A DNA stretch of 21,362 nucleotides from Candidatus Krumholzibacteriia bacterium (GTDB lineage: Bacteria > Krumholzibacteriota > Krumholzibacteriia > WVZY01): positions 1-21,362 of the forward strand of contig JBHHVD010000057.1 in assembly GCA_046754105.1 (NCBI GenBank), read 5' to 3'. Each line of letters begins with the position of its first letter. Within the stretch, counting starts at the first letter, position 1. A program made the position numbers and the translations under genes. Positions 1-9,319 of this stretch are shown in pieces. The notes beneath the pieces were generated by a model. It saw nothing but the letters and a program-made list of their open reading frames with translations. It was not told the origin of the DNA and searched no databases.

Positions 1-95
1 GGTTTGTGGGCGGTCGGCGCGCTGCGGAACTCGCCGTCGACCCCCGTCCTGGCGCCCGGCCTGCGTTTCGCCGGTCCTTTTTTGACGCTACGCAG

Positions 96-1994
96 ATGAA
101 TCCATTTCAAAAGATACTCGCCGGCTTGCTCGTGACGAGCCTCGCGCTCGCGGGCTGTACGAACACGCGAAAGACCGACCCCGGTCCTTGGGGCGGCGAG
201 CGAGCGGGTGCCCGCACGCAACTCCCCCCCTACGCCGCCGCGGGAACCGGCGGCATGGTCGTCACCGAAGACAGCCTTGCCACCGGGACCGGCGTGCGCG
301 TGCTGCGCGCCGGTGGTAACGCCGTCGACGCGGCGGTGGCGGCGGCTCTGGCGCTCGCCGTCGTGTTTCCCCAGGCGGGCAACCTCGGCGGCGGCGGCTT
401 CATGCTGGCCTACGACCCCGGAGCACGCGACACCTGGGCGGTCGACTTTCGCGAGACCGCACCCGGCGCGGCGCACCGGGGGATGTACGAAGCCCTGGCG
501 CTGAAGGGCATCGAGGACGCGTCCACGTTGGGGCCGCTTGCCGCCGGTATCCCGGGCTCGCCAGCAGGGCTCTACGCTGCCTGGAAAAAGGGCGGGTCGC
601 TCCCGTGGCGGGATCTCGTCACTCCAGCGGTGCGGCTCGCGCGCGGCGGCTTCGCCGTGCGCGAACTGCTTCGCAAAGACATCGGGGACAAACGCTCGGG
701 CCTCGAACGATACGTTTCTTCAACCGGCATCTTTTTTGTAGATGGCGAAGTGCCGCCGCAAGGCGCGCGTCTCGTGCAGCCGGACCTCGCCCGCGTGCTC
801 GAAGCGCTGGCCGACCACGGACCCGATGCGTTCTATAATGGAGACATCGCGAACACGCTCGTAAGCAAGGTGCGAGAAGCGGGCGGTATATGGACGCTGG
901 AGGATCTCGCGGACTACCGTCCGGTGTTTCGTGAGCCGGTGACGATAGCGCTTCGCCGCGACATGCGCCCGCCGTTTCGGCGCGGCCGGCGGGGACGCGA
1001 ACTGCCGGGGACGAGCCGTGGCCGCTGGCCCGGGGACTGGCCGGTGGGCGGCGTCGGTCGGCGGGTGAGCGAGGCGGATGTGACCATCGTCACCATGCCG
1101 CCTCCCAGCTCGGGCGCCCTCGTCTTCGCCGAGACGCTCGCACTTATGAAGGCCCAGCGGGCGCTGCGCTGGGGCCGGGATGATCCCAGACGGGCGGTTG
1201 CGTTTGTCGAAGCACTGCGGCTCGCCTTCGCCGACCGCAACACGCAGCTCGCCGATCCCAAGCACATGCCGGTGCCCCTCGACTCGCTGATCGGGCCCAA
1301 ATACCTGCGACGGCGCGCGGCGCTCCTGCCCAAGGAGCCCCCGGGGGATTCGAGTAAGCTACCGGGCGCGAGAAGCGTGCCAATCGGCACGGGCGTACGC
1401 AACACCACGCACATTGTCGTCATCGACGACCGGGGCGGAACCGTATCGCTTACCACGACGCTCAACTCACTCTTCGGCTGCAAGTGGGTCGTACCCGGTA
1501 CGGGGATATTTCTCAACAATGAGATGGACGACTTCGACACGCGTCCCGGATCACCCAACATCTATGGACTCGTCGGCACCGGTGTCAATTCGGTGCGGCC
1601 CGGCGCCCGCATGCTGAGCAGCATGAGCCCCACCATTGTCATGCGGAACGATGAAGTGTGGTTCGCGCTCGGTGCCCGGGGCGGGCCGAAGATCCTGACC
1701 GCGATTCTGCAGGTCATCCTGGGCCGTTGGCGTGACGGGATGAGCCTCGTGGAAGCGGTCGAAGCATCGCGTATCCATCACCAGTGGCTGCCGGACCGTG
1801 TGATTTTCGAAGAAGAAAACATGGTGGAGTCGCTCTTCGAGAAGCTGAAGGGAATGGGTTACGAGGTGGGGTTCAAAGTCGGTATGAAGCCCACCTTCGG
1901 CAAGGTGATGGCCGCGGAACGGTTGGGCGAGGGGAAATACCTGGGTGTGACAGATCCACGGACGATGGGCAAGGCGATGGCGGTGACGAAGTGA
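96..1994 (+). CDS. ggt: Gamma-glutamyltransferase (Ntn-hydrolase), predicted lipoprotein
   Basis: Motifs GGNAVDAAVA, GNLGGGGF, DFRETAP, MPPPSSG, N|TTHIVVID (nucleophile Thr codon 1404-1406), LNNEMDDF, lid loop PNIYGLVG and LSSMSP. Start moved to ATG 96, which gives signal peptide MNPFQKILAGLLVTSLALAG-C with a lipobox. Confidence 0.95.
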   Translation: MNPFQKILAGLLVTSLALAGCTNTRKTDPGPWGGERAGARTQLPPYAAAGTGGMVVTEDSLATGTGVRVLRAGGNAVDAAVAAALALAVVFPQAGNLGGGGFMLAYDPGARDTWAVDFRETAPGAAHRGMYEALALKGIEDASTLGPLAAGIPGSPAGLYAAWKKGGSLPWRDLVTPAVRLARGGFAVRELLRKDIGDKRSGLERYVSSTGIFFVDGEVPPQGARLVQPDLARVLEALADHGPDAFYNGDIANTLVSKVREAGGIWTLEDLADYRPVFREPVTIALRRDMRPPFRRGRRGRELPGTSRGRWPGDWPVGGVGRRVSEADVTIVTMPPPSSGALVFAETLALMKAQRALRWGRDDPRRAVAFVEALRLAFADRNTQLADPKHMPVPLDSLIGPKYLRRRAALLPKEPPGDSSKLPGARSVPIGTGVRNTTHIVVIDDRGGTVSLTTTLNSLFGCKWVVPGTGIFLNNEMDDFDTRPGSPNIYGLVGTGVNSVRPGARMLSSMSPTIVMRNDEVWFALGARGGPKILTAILQVILGRWRDGMSLVEAVEASRIHHQWLPDRVIFEEENMVESLFEKLKGMGYEVGFKVGMKPTFGKVMAAERLGEGKYLGVTDPRTMGKAMAVTK

Positions 1995-2254
1995 CGGCCG
2001 TCGTTCTTTGACATAGATCAAATCGTCATTCCCGCAGCCTTCGTTTAGAATATAGTTCAAACCACGCATTTCTTTTGACACCACGACCGCCGGGGGGGAG
2101 GCACCCCGCACCGTCGGAAAGCCGGTGGGCGCCGACGACCATGCGTGAATAACTCATCGATGTCGCGGCACCATAGGCAAGCACCGGCATGATCCTGTTC
2201 GTGGGGTGATGGCGGCCGCCGACGACTAGTGTCCGGTCGATGTGACGAAGAGAA

Positions 2255-3379
2255 TCACCGAACGACGGTGAGTTTGCGGTGCGCCGTCAATCCCGAGCCG
2301 GTTGTCAAACGCACGAAGTAAATCCCCGAAGGGATCCGCCCGGCGTTCAACGTGATGCGGTGCTCTCCCGGTACGGCAAAGAACTCGCGGGCGCGGTGGG
2401 CGATCCGTTTTCCCCCTATGTTATAAAGCCCGACCGCGACGGCATCCGGGCCGGTCAGATGAAATGAAACGGTGGTCGTCGCATCACCACGGCCGCTGAT
2501 CGGGTTCGGCCACAGTCGCTTCAATTGAAACGCCTGGATCGTTGGCGGCTCGCCCGTAATCCCCGTCGCCTTGGGTACATCATTGCCCAGCGCCATCACG
2601 TTCAGCTGGTTTATCGACCCGACAACGCTCCAATTCGTCCCGTCCGCCGAGGAGGCGATCAGCCCTTCGGTTGTTGTTGCCACGAGGCCGCCGGGAACGT
2701 GCGTCATGCTCGCCACGTGCACTTGCGAAATCGCGCCCACGATTGTCCAGTTGACCCCCAGGTCGGCGCTCCTCGCAAGATTGCCGGTGCTGTTGAGGAC
2801 ATAGACGGTTTGGCCCATGGTTCGGATCTCGACGGCGTCGGGGGTAGTGACCGCGCCGCCGGTTACCCACGACGTGCCGCCGTCCGAACTCCGGGAAACT
2901 TCACCGGTTCGAGTCAGCGCGTAGAGATTGCCGCCGCCGTCATCGGCGGTCAGACTCACATGGTCGGGGGCGGTGAGCGTGGCAACCGAAGTGAAAGTCG
3001 CCCCGTCGTTGTCGGATCGCCAGAGGATTCCGGTCTCGGTGAGAAGCAGGATGCTGCCGTCGGTGCGGCTCAACATGGCGGCGACGTCGGACGCCGGCAC
3101 GGCACCCGCGGCGGTCCAGCTGACACCGGTGTCGGTCGAGCGGTACACGGTGCCCGACCGCGTGGCGAGGAAAAGCTCGTCGGCGGTCTCACCGGCTCCG
3201 ATCGCGATCGCGTCCGGCGTGGACAACGCAGAGCGCACCGTCCAAGTGACACCTCCATCACCGGAGGCAAAAAGCTCTCCCGTGTCGACGAGGCCAAAGA
3301 GCGTCGCACCGTACGCCTGGGTTCGGAACGCGACAAGCACGGCAAACACGAGCAGTGTGTGTATCGTACGCCGGATCAT
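2255..3379 (-). CDS. Secreted BNR/Asp-box beta-propeller protein with C-terminal T9SS type A/FlgD-Ig-like sorting domain
   Basis: N-terminal signal peptide; six ~42-aa repeats with S-x-D-x-G-x-[ST]-W; C-terminus LWPNP...SGIYFVRL...RKLTVVR. Start overlaps the upstream stop by 4 nt (ATGA, 3376-3379), implying translational coupling. Confidence 0.85.
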   Translation of the reverse strand: MIRRTIHTLLVFAVLVAFRTQAYGATLFGLVDTGELFASGDGGVTWTVRSALSTPDAIAIGAGETADELFLATRSGTVYRSTDTGVSWTAAGAVPASDVAAMLSRTDGSILLLTETGILWRSDNDGATFTSVATLTAPDHVSLTADDGGGNLYALTRTGEVSRSSDGGTSWVTGGAVTTPDAVEIRTMGQTVYVLNSTGNLARSADLGVNWTIVGAISQVHVASMTHVPGGLVATTTEGLIASSADGTNWSVVGSINQLNVMALGNDVPKATGITGEPPTIQAFQLKRLWPNPISGRGDATTTVSFHLTGPDAVAVGLYNIGGKRIAHRAREFFAVPGEHRITLNAGRIPSGIYFVRLTTGSGLTAHRKLTVVR

Positions 3380-6300
3380 CTGACGATCAGCACCTTCTTG
3401 GTCTGCGCGATACCGCCGCTCGTGGCCTTGAGAAAATAGACGCCGCCCGGCACCGTGGCACCGTTCGCGTTGCGGCCGTCCCAGATCGTGGTATGAACGC
3501 CCGCCGTATAGTCATCATTTACGATTCTTCGAACCAGCGCCCCGCGGACATCATAGATCGACACTTCCACGTGGCCGCTCCCGCCACCCAAGCCACCCGT
3601 CGCTGCAAATGCGATGGAAAGATCGCCCCGCTGGTATGGGTTCGGCCAGGCCGCAAGACGTGGGGACAGCTGCGGGCCGGAGCCACTCTCGCCCAGGTAG
3701 AATTCCTCACCGAGTTTGTTGACGGCAAAGAGCCGGTACCGGTCGCCGGCTGTGCCTCCGGGATCGAGGTAGGACGTCTCGCGCGTCCGGGAAACGACCG
3801 TGGACCAGGCGGCACCGCCCCGTCGTTTTTCCAGGCGGTAGCTGTCGAGGTCGCTGGGGCCGGGATCCGTCTCCCACGAGACGACGAGTCCGGGCGAGCT
3901 GGGCGCCGGGCCAACGAGCAGGGCGAGGAGGGCGATGGAAGTTTCGATCGCAAAAAACGAGTCGGTTGCGGAGAGCGAATGCGGTACATCGCGCGCAACC
4001 TGAACCCGGCAGAACCGCGACGGTGTGTGGGGTACCGTCATGTTGTAGACGCCACCACCAATATGAGAAGCCAGCACGGTGTAGCTCGCCCCGCCGTCCA
4101 CCGACAGCATCACATCGACCGGGCCCGTACCGTTCCAGCGAACGGTACGTTGCGCGCCCACCGGCCAGGTATCCCCCGAGACTGGCGCGGTGAGGTCCAC
4201 GCCAACGGAGGCATACTCGAGGCTCTTGCTGGTTGCGTCGTGATAAGTGATGTGCGCGTTTCCATCGGCATCGAGGTCGATCGACGTGTCCCAGCCGACG
4301 ATCCCTGTGGCGTCAATAGTCTCGATTGCCCACCCGCCCCCGGTTCTGACCGCGTGCTTGAGGTCGCCGTTCGCGACGTCGTAGTAGCTGATGTGGGGCT
4401 CTCCGTTGCTGCCCAGGACAAGCGACGTATACTGGCCCACGTCGCCGAAATCCACCGTCTCGATGGTCCACGAGCCGGCGCGTTTGACTGCGTACTTCAG
4501 TGTGGCGAAGGTCCAATCGTGATAACTGATGTGTGGATTCCCGTCGGGATCGATCGCGAGGGAGGTGAAATCGCCCAGAACACCCACGCTGTCTACACGT
4601 TCGAGGGTCCACGCCCCACCGGTTTTTGACGCGTATTTCAGATCCCGATTGGTCCAATCGTGGTAACTGACGTGGGGTTGCCCGAATGCGTCGAGAGCGA
4701 GCGACGTGTGCAGGCCGACGATGCCCGTTGCATCGACCGTCTCGAGGTTCCACGAGCCGCCTGTCTTCACCGCGTACTTGAGATCGAAATTCGTGCCATC
4801 GTAATAAGTGATGTGGGGATCGCCCTGCGTATCCACGGCCAGCGAGCTGTAAGAACCAACAAAGGCCGTGGCATCGACCACCTCCAACGCCCAAACCCCT
4901 CCGGGCTTCGCCGCATACCTGAGCTGGCCATTGATCTGGTCCCAGTAACTGATGTGGGGCGCTCCCTGGGGGTCGAGGTCAATGGACGTGAACAATCCCA
5001 CGTCTCCCACCGAATCCACCGCTTCCGTGGTCCAGGCGCCGCCGCTCTTCATCGCGTACTTCAGGTCACCGTTGCTGAGATCGTAATAACTGATTTGGGC
5101 GTCCCGGTCGCCGAGGGCGAGCGATGTGTACTGGCCAACGTCTCCGGGGGCATCCACGGTCGCATGCCACCAGGGCGTCCCCGATTCCAGAATGGAGAAC
5201 ACCGACGGCGACTCGGAACTCGAAAACGGCGCGTTGCGCACGACCCTCACCCGCGCCGATTCGGTGTTGGTCATGGGCACGTTGATCGAGGCCTCGCCGC
5301 CGGTAACGACGTTCGAAGCCGCGGTCTGGTAGCTGACCCCGCCGTCGAGAGAGAGTTCGACATCCACCGCGCCGCCCCCGGTCCACCGCACCGGGGCCTG
5401 GCCGCCGGATTGCCAGCGCTCGCCGCCGAGTGGGGAGGTCAGGTGGATCGCCGCATCGGCATACTTGAGAATACCGAAGTCGCGTTCCCGGTAGCTGATG
5501 CGGGGCACGCCCTGCGAATCGAGAACCAGGGACGGGTACTGGCCGGTGAATCCCAACCCATCGACCGTCTGAGCTTGCCACGTGCCGCCGGTCTTGACGG
5601 CGTACTTTAGATTGTCGTCAGTGCAGTCGTGGTAACTCATATGCGGGGTGCCGGCGGCATCCATCTCCAGTGAGAGCCACTGGCCGCAGGTGCTATCGAC
5701 TGTCTCGATTACCCAGCCGTTGGAACGCGAGGCGTACTTGACGACGAGCGCACTATTGTCCGCGTACGCAATGTGCGGAGTCCCCTGCGTATCGAGAACA
5801 AGAGACGGATGTGATCCGGTGCCGAGAATCTCGAAATCCCAAAACCCGCCAAGCTTAAAACGGTAGTAGATCGAGCCAAAGTGGTAATACGCGATGTGAG
5901 GGTTTCCATCGGCATCGAGTGCGAGAGACGTCCATTCGTTTCCGGTACTGCCTCCTAAGAGTACCACTGTCTCGGCGGTCCACACCCCACCGGTTCTGAC
6001 TGCGTACTTCAGGCCCACGCCTGTGACATCGTAATAACTGATGTGGGGCACTTCCTGATCATCGAGGGCCAGCGATGTGTACATCCCGACATCTCCCGTC
6101 GCGTCGACGGTTTCGATCGCCCACGAACCGCTGGATTTAACGGCATATTTCAGATTGCCATTAAGCTGGTCATAATAGCTGATGTGGGGCACGCCCTGTG
6201 CATCGAGCGCAATCGACGTATATCCACTGAACCCGAACACAGCCTCAATGGTCTCGATCACCCACGCGCCGTTGATGCGCCTTGCGTACTTTACCTGACC

Positions 6301-6498
6301 GGTTGTCTGGTCGTAATAACTGACGTGGGGATTCTCCTCGGCGTCGAGCGCGAGCGAGGTCCACTGGCCGGTGATTCCGGTCGCGTCGACCGTCTCGATG
6401 ACAAAGGGCGTCACCGCCCCGGCGAGCGAGGCCGATATGCCGAGCCAGATGGCTGCGATCGTTATCAGGAGCGAGAGCGGCCTAGAAGAGCGAATCAT
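3376..6498 (-). CDS. Secreted protein: 2x(7-blade beta-propeller + Ig-like domain), further beta domain, C-terminal FlgD-Ig domain
   Basis: RBS AAGGAGG upstream; signal peptide; 14 repeats of ~47 aa (ETVDxxGxVGxYTSLALDxxGxPHISYYDxxxxxLKYA) in two blocks of 7; C-terminus AWPNP...IYDVRGALVR...WDGRNANG...GVYF. Confidence 0.9.
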   Translation of the reverse strand: MIRSSRPLSLLITIAAIWLGISASLAGAVTPFVIETVDATGITGQWTSLALDAEENPHVSYYDQTTGQVKYARRINGAWVIETIEAVFGFSGYTSIALDAQGVPHISYYDQLNGNLKYAVKSSGSWAIETVDATGDVGMYTSLALDDQEVPHISYYDVTGVGLKYAVRTGGVWTAETVVLLGGSTGNEWTSLALDADGNPHIAYYHFGSIYYRFKLGGFWDFEILGTGSHPSLVLDTQGTPHIAYADNSALVVKYASRSNGWVIETVDSTCGQWLSLEMDAAGTPHMSYHDCTDDNLKYAVKTGGTWQAQTVDGLGFTGQYPSLVLDSQGVPRISYRERDFGILKYADAAIHLTSPLGGERWQSGGQAPVRWTGGGAVDVELSLDGGVSYQTAASNVVTGGEASINVPMTNTESARVRVVRNAPFSSSESPSVFSILESGTPWWHATVDAPGDVGQYTSLALGDRDAQISYYDLSNGDLKYAMKSGGAWTTEAVDSVGDVGLFTSIDLDPQGAPHISYWDQINGQLRYAAKPGGVWALEVVDATAFVGSYSSLAVDTQGDPHITYYDGTNFDLKYAVKTGGSWNLETVDATGIVGLHTSLALDAFGQPHVSYHDWTNRDLKYASKTGGAWTLERVDSVGVLGDFTSLAIDPDGNPHISYHDWTFATLKYAVKRAGSWTIETVDFGDVGQYTSLVLGSNGEPHISYYDVANGDLKHAVRTGGGWAIETIDATGIVGWDTSIDLDADGNAHITYHDATSKSLEYASVGVDLTAPVSGDTWPVGAQRTVRWNGTGPVDVMLSVDGGASYTVLASHIGGGVYNMTVPHTPSRFCRVQVARDVPHSLSATDSFFAIETSIALLALLVGPAPSSPGLVVSWETDPGPSDLDSYRLEKRRGGAAWSTVVSRTRETSYLDPGGTAGDRYRLFAVNKLGEEFYLGESGSGPQLSPRLAAWPNPYQRGDLSIAFAATGGLGGGSGHVEVSIYDVRGALVRRIVNDDYTAGVHTTIWDGRNANGATVPGGVYFLKATSGGIAQTKKVLIVR

Positions 6499-6588
6499 CG
6501 TGTCCTCCTTGCGATGCGGCAGTCTGGCGTAGCGTTGCTTGATTCCCCAGAGTCGGAGAAAAGCCCTTTGCTATGCCTCAAACACAAT

Positions 6589-6618
6589 ATTTTACCATAC
6601 TTGCTGCGGCGATATCAG
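6589..6618 (-). promoter_or_regulatory. Putative sigma70 extended -10 promoter (TGnTAAAAT) for the 6498-2255 operon
   Basis: Minus strand reads TGGTAAAAT at 6597-6589 in an AT-rich patch about 90 nt before the start; weak -35 (CTGATA) 18 nt upstream. Confidence 0.4.
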
Positions 6619-6733
6619 GATTATCTTTTTCGGAGGCAGCGGCACCGCCGGGGCGCCGCGACAGCGCAGGGGTATGAAGGAGATACGGAAGGAATCCGCC
6701 CCGCATTCCGCGCTATAAGGTGGTCACCCGCGC

Positions 6734-7672
6734 TCAGAAGTCGTAGCGGAGCGTGAACCCCTTGTAGTCGCCGGAGACGTTCATGCCGAGGGCAAGCCCG
6801 CCCGTGTCCGCCGCGGGGTATTCGGAGTTGTGGGCGGACAGTACCTGCCTGGCACTCCCGTACCCGATGAGGCCGCCGACCACTACGTCGGAGAGCCAAT
6901 GGGCGCCGACGACCATCCGCGAGTAGCTCATCGCCGTCGCGGTGCCGTAGGCGAGGACCGGCACAATCCTGTGCGCGGGGTACTGGTGCGCCAGAATGGT
7001 CGCAGCCGCCCAGATACCGGTTGCGTGCCCGGAGGGAAAGGAACGCAGGCCGTCTCCGGCCTCGTAATCGTCGGCAAGGAAGCTGGGACCTTCCCACTCT
7101 GCAACAGATCCTTCCCGCGCCCGCGGTCGCTCGCGCCCGCTCAGTTCCTTGAGTACCCCCGTCCACGTTGCGGACGAGACCAGGGCTTCCAGCAGCATGA
7201 CACTCGTTTGGCGCTCGCGCCGCGAGTCGGTGAGCAGGCCCAGCGCGCCGATGCCGAAGACGAGGGGAATCGCGGAATGCGCCCCGCCCCATTTCGACAG
7301 GCGTGCCGCGGGGTCGACGAGGGCGTTCTCCGCCTGGCCGGCCCTGGGCGCGAGAGCTTCGTAGGTCCACTGGTCGGTGACGATGAGCGTCAGCACACCG
7401 GCGGTGCCGAGCAGGAAGCGCCCGGGGCGCTGCCTGGCGTACCGAAACGGAAACCGGAGTTGGGTCGAGTAGTCGTGCCCGAGGCGTCCGATGAAGTCCA
7501 CTGCGAAGCGGTCGATGCCCATACTGGGACGGATCGGTGGCACCGGCCATGGCCGGGGCACCTCGAGAACCTCCGGGCGGGCGGGGAGTGCCGAGCCGAG
7601 GGTCACCACGACGGCCATAAAGGCGACGATGGCGAGCACAAACCGGCTTTCGGTGCGGCGCAGAGTGGGCAT
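6734..7672 (-). CDS. PAP2-family phosphatase
   Basis: All three PAP2 motifs are present: KELSGRERP, SFPSGH, SRMVVGAHWLSD. Start set at ATG 7672, with GAGGA upstream and a hydrophobic signal-like N-terminus. Confidence 0.9.
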   Translation of the reverse strand: MPTLRRTESRFVLAIVAFMAVVVTLGSALPARPEVLEVPRPWPVPPIRPSMGIDRFAVDFIGRLGHDYSTQLRFPFRYARQRPGRFLLGTAGVLTLIVTDQWTYEALAPRAGQAENALVDPAARLSKWGGAHSAIPLVFGIGALGLLTDSRRERQTSVMLLEALVSSATWTGVLKELSGRERPRAREGSVAEWEGPSFLADDYEAGDGLRSFPSGHATGIWAAATILAHQYPAHRIVPVLAYGTATAMSYSRMVVGAHWLSDVVVGGLIGYGSARQVLSAHNSEYPAADTGGLALGMNVSGDYKGFTLRYDF

Positions 7673-7904
7673 GGAGATACGTCCTCGGGAAAAGGCAACC
7701 GAGCGCGAGAATCCGCAGCGTCTCGCGTGAGAAACAACACGGCAATGCAACTACCGGGCCAAAACAAGTGGGGTCGGCACGGGGCGACGGCGTGTTGCCG
7801 GCCCGCTATATGTTCGCATAGTAAGACGGACGCGTAACGCATGTCCACATGGAAGAGTATGACCTTTGTCAATGATCGCGGGCGCCCGCCGTCCTGCGCA
7901 CGGG

Positions 7905-8540
7905 CTACTGCTTCACGAAGCGGACGCGGAAGTCTCTCGTGTTCGCGTAGACGAGGCCGTTTACCAGCTTGCCGTAGGCGTCTTCGGGGTCATCGGCGCC
8001 GAAACGAACCGGCCCCCTGGGGGTGATTCCCACGTGCGCCACGTTTTTCTTGCCGCGCACCGAGTTGGTCCAGGCGGTCGCGCCGCTATCCGTTTCATAG
8101 AGCCGCGTGGTGAGCGACGCTTCGACGTCGGCCGATACGCTCATCGTCGCGAGTATCGCGGACAGGTCGACGGTCGGTTTCACGTCGGTCACTTCCAAGT
8201 GGCCGACGATGAGCGCTTCGACATGGTATCTCTCTCCAATAGCGCGAATGGTCTCGTGGTCGAACCGCTCCCCGCGCACCGACGCGAGAACGTGCGCCTT
8301 CGGGCCGAGTTCGAGGACCCGCACGCCCGCCTGCGATGACTGCAGCGTTTCCAGGAACTTCTGGCCGGCGAACTCCGCCAGGTTCCCCTCCGAATTGGAC
8401 GAGAAGGCGACGAAGCCGATCGTGCGGTAGGCGTCCAGGTCGACCCTGGGCGGCACCATCACGGTCTTGGCGCATCCGGCCACCACGGCGAGGGCCATTG
8501 CCGCGGCCGGCAGGAAGATTTGGTATGAAATGCGTTTCAA
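7905..8540 (-). CDS. Lipoprotein, CsgG/LpoB/TolB-N-like alpha/beta fold (function unknown)
   Basis: TTG start at 8540 after SD-like GGGGTG; MKRIS...ALAVVAG-C lipobox; pattern TIGFVAF...IGERYHVEALIVGHL...TRLYETDSGATAWT resembles this fold. Confidence 0.7.
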   Translation of the reverse strand: MKRISYQIFLPAAAMALAVVAGCAKTVMVPPRVDLDAYRTIGFVAFSSNSEGNLAEFAGQKFLETLQSSQAGVRVLELGPKAHVLASVRGERFDHETIRAIGERYHVEALIVGHLEVTDVKPTVDLSAILATMSVSADVEASLTTRLYETDSGATAWTNSVRGKKNVAHVGITPRGPVRFGADDPEDAYGKLVNGLVYANTRDFRVRFVKQ

Positions 8541-8997
8541 AAGGATCACCCCGGTGTGGTGGATTGCCTCGTTGCTCCCTCCCGGCCTCCGGCCGGCGCC
8601 TCGTTCCGGGCCGCCGAACCGTGCAAAGATCACGCCAATCACGCCACCCCCGCCGACGTCTTGTTACCGGCTGAATGGCTCGTAGAGCAAACGGAGAACC
8701 GGGTCCACGAGGCGCGCTATGACTTTTGCCGATGATTGGGGGGCGGCGTTGCAATGCGCAACCTCGGGAAGGTACCCGGGTCCCCGCCGGCCGGTACCAT
8801 CCGTTCGGCGGGCGGGTGGAACGAACGGGAATTGGTTCGACCGCCGGCCTGTCGCTGCCGCCCAGTTCGGTCGTGGTCCTTCTCGCCGGGGGCATTGCCG
8901 CCGCCATCAGCTGGAAGGTCGAGAATCCAAACGAAATCGAGAGTTTCCTGGACGTTTCCGCCTTCGAATATGGCCCGCCCGCTGCTGGCGGCCGGTG

Positions 8998-9213
8998 GCG
9001 GAGTATCGTGCCGCCACCCCCCACGGCCGTCCCCGTGGTTGCATCTGCAAGAAACACTCCATTTAGATAGTTCGTCGTACCGCTGGCCTGGCGCACCCAC
9101 GTAATGCCCCCGTCCGTCGTCCGCAGGATCGTACTGGCGTTTCCAACCACCGTCCCCGTGTTCGAGTCCGTGAAGAGGATGTCGAAGAGGAGGGTGGTCG
9201 TTCCGCTGGCCTG
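8998..9213 (-). pseudogene. Remnant of YCF48-like/BNR repeat beta-propeller protein (~1.75 repeats)
   Basis: QASGTTTLLFDILFTDSNTGTVVGNASTILRTTDGGITW followed by QASGTTNYLNGVFLADATTGTAVGGGGTILR (41-aa period). No credible start, RBS or signal peptide, and the flanking translation is not protein-like. Confidence 0.75.
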
Positions 9214-9319
9214 TTGGTATGGGTTTACTCGCAAAGCGCATCCCCCGTGGGTTTTTTCAGCTCGCCCCTTTTGTCTGTGATAGACTCCCGGGGGAATGTT
9301 AGCGGCCCCCGGTAACGGC

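Noticed and set aside
55..84. Intrinsic terminator or riboswitch before ggt (ccggc...gccgg then T run)
   Set aside because: The stem is only 5 bp and is separated from the T tract; no recognisable aptamer, and upstream context is cut off.
3900..6420. Diversity-generating retroelement target/template pair among the propeller repeats
   Set aside because: Repeats differ at all base types, not only adenines, and no reverse transcriptase is present.
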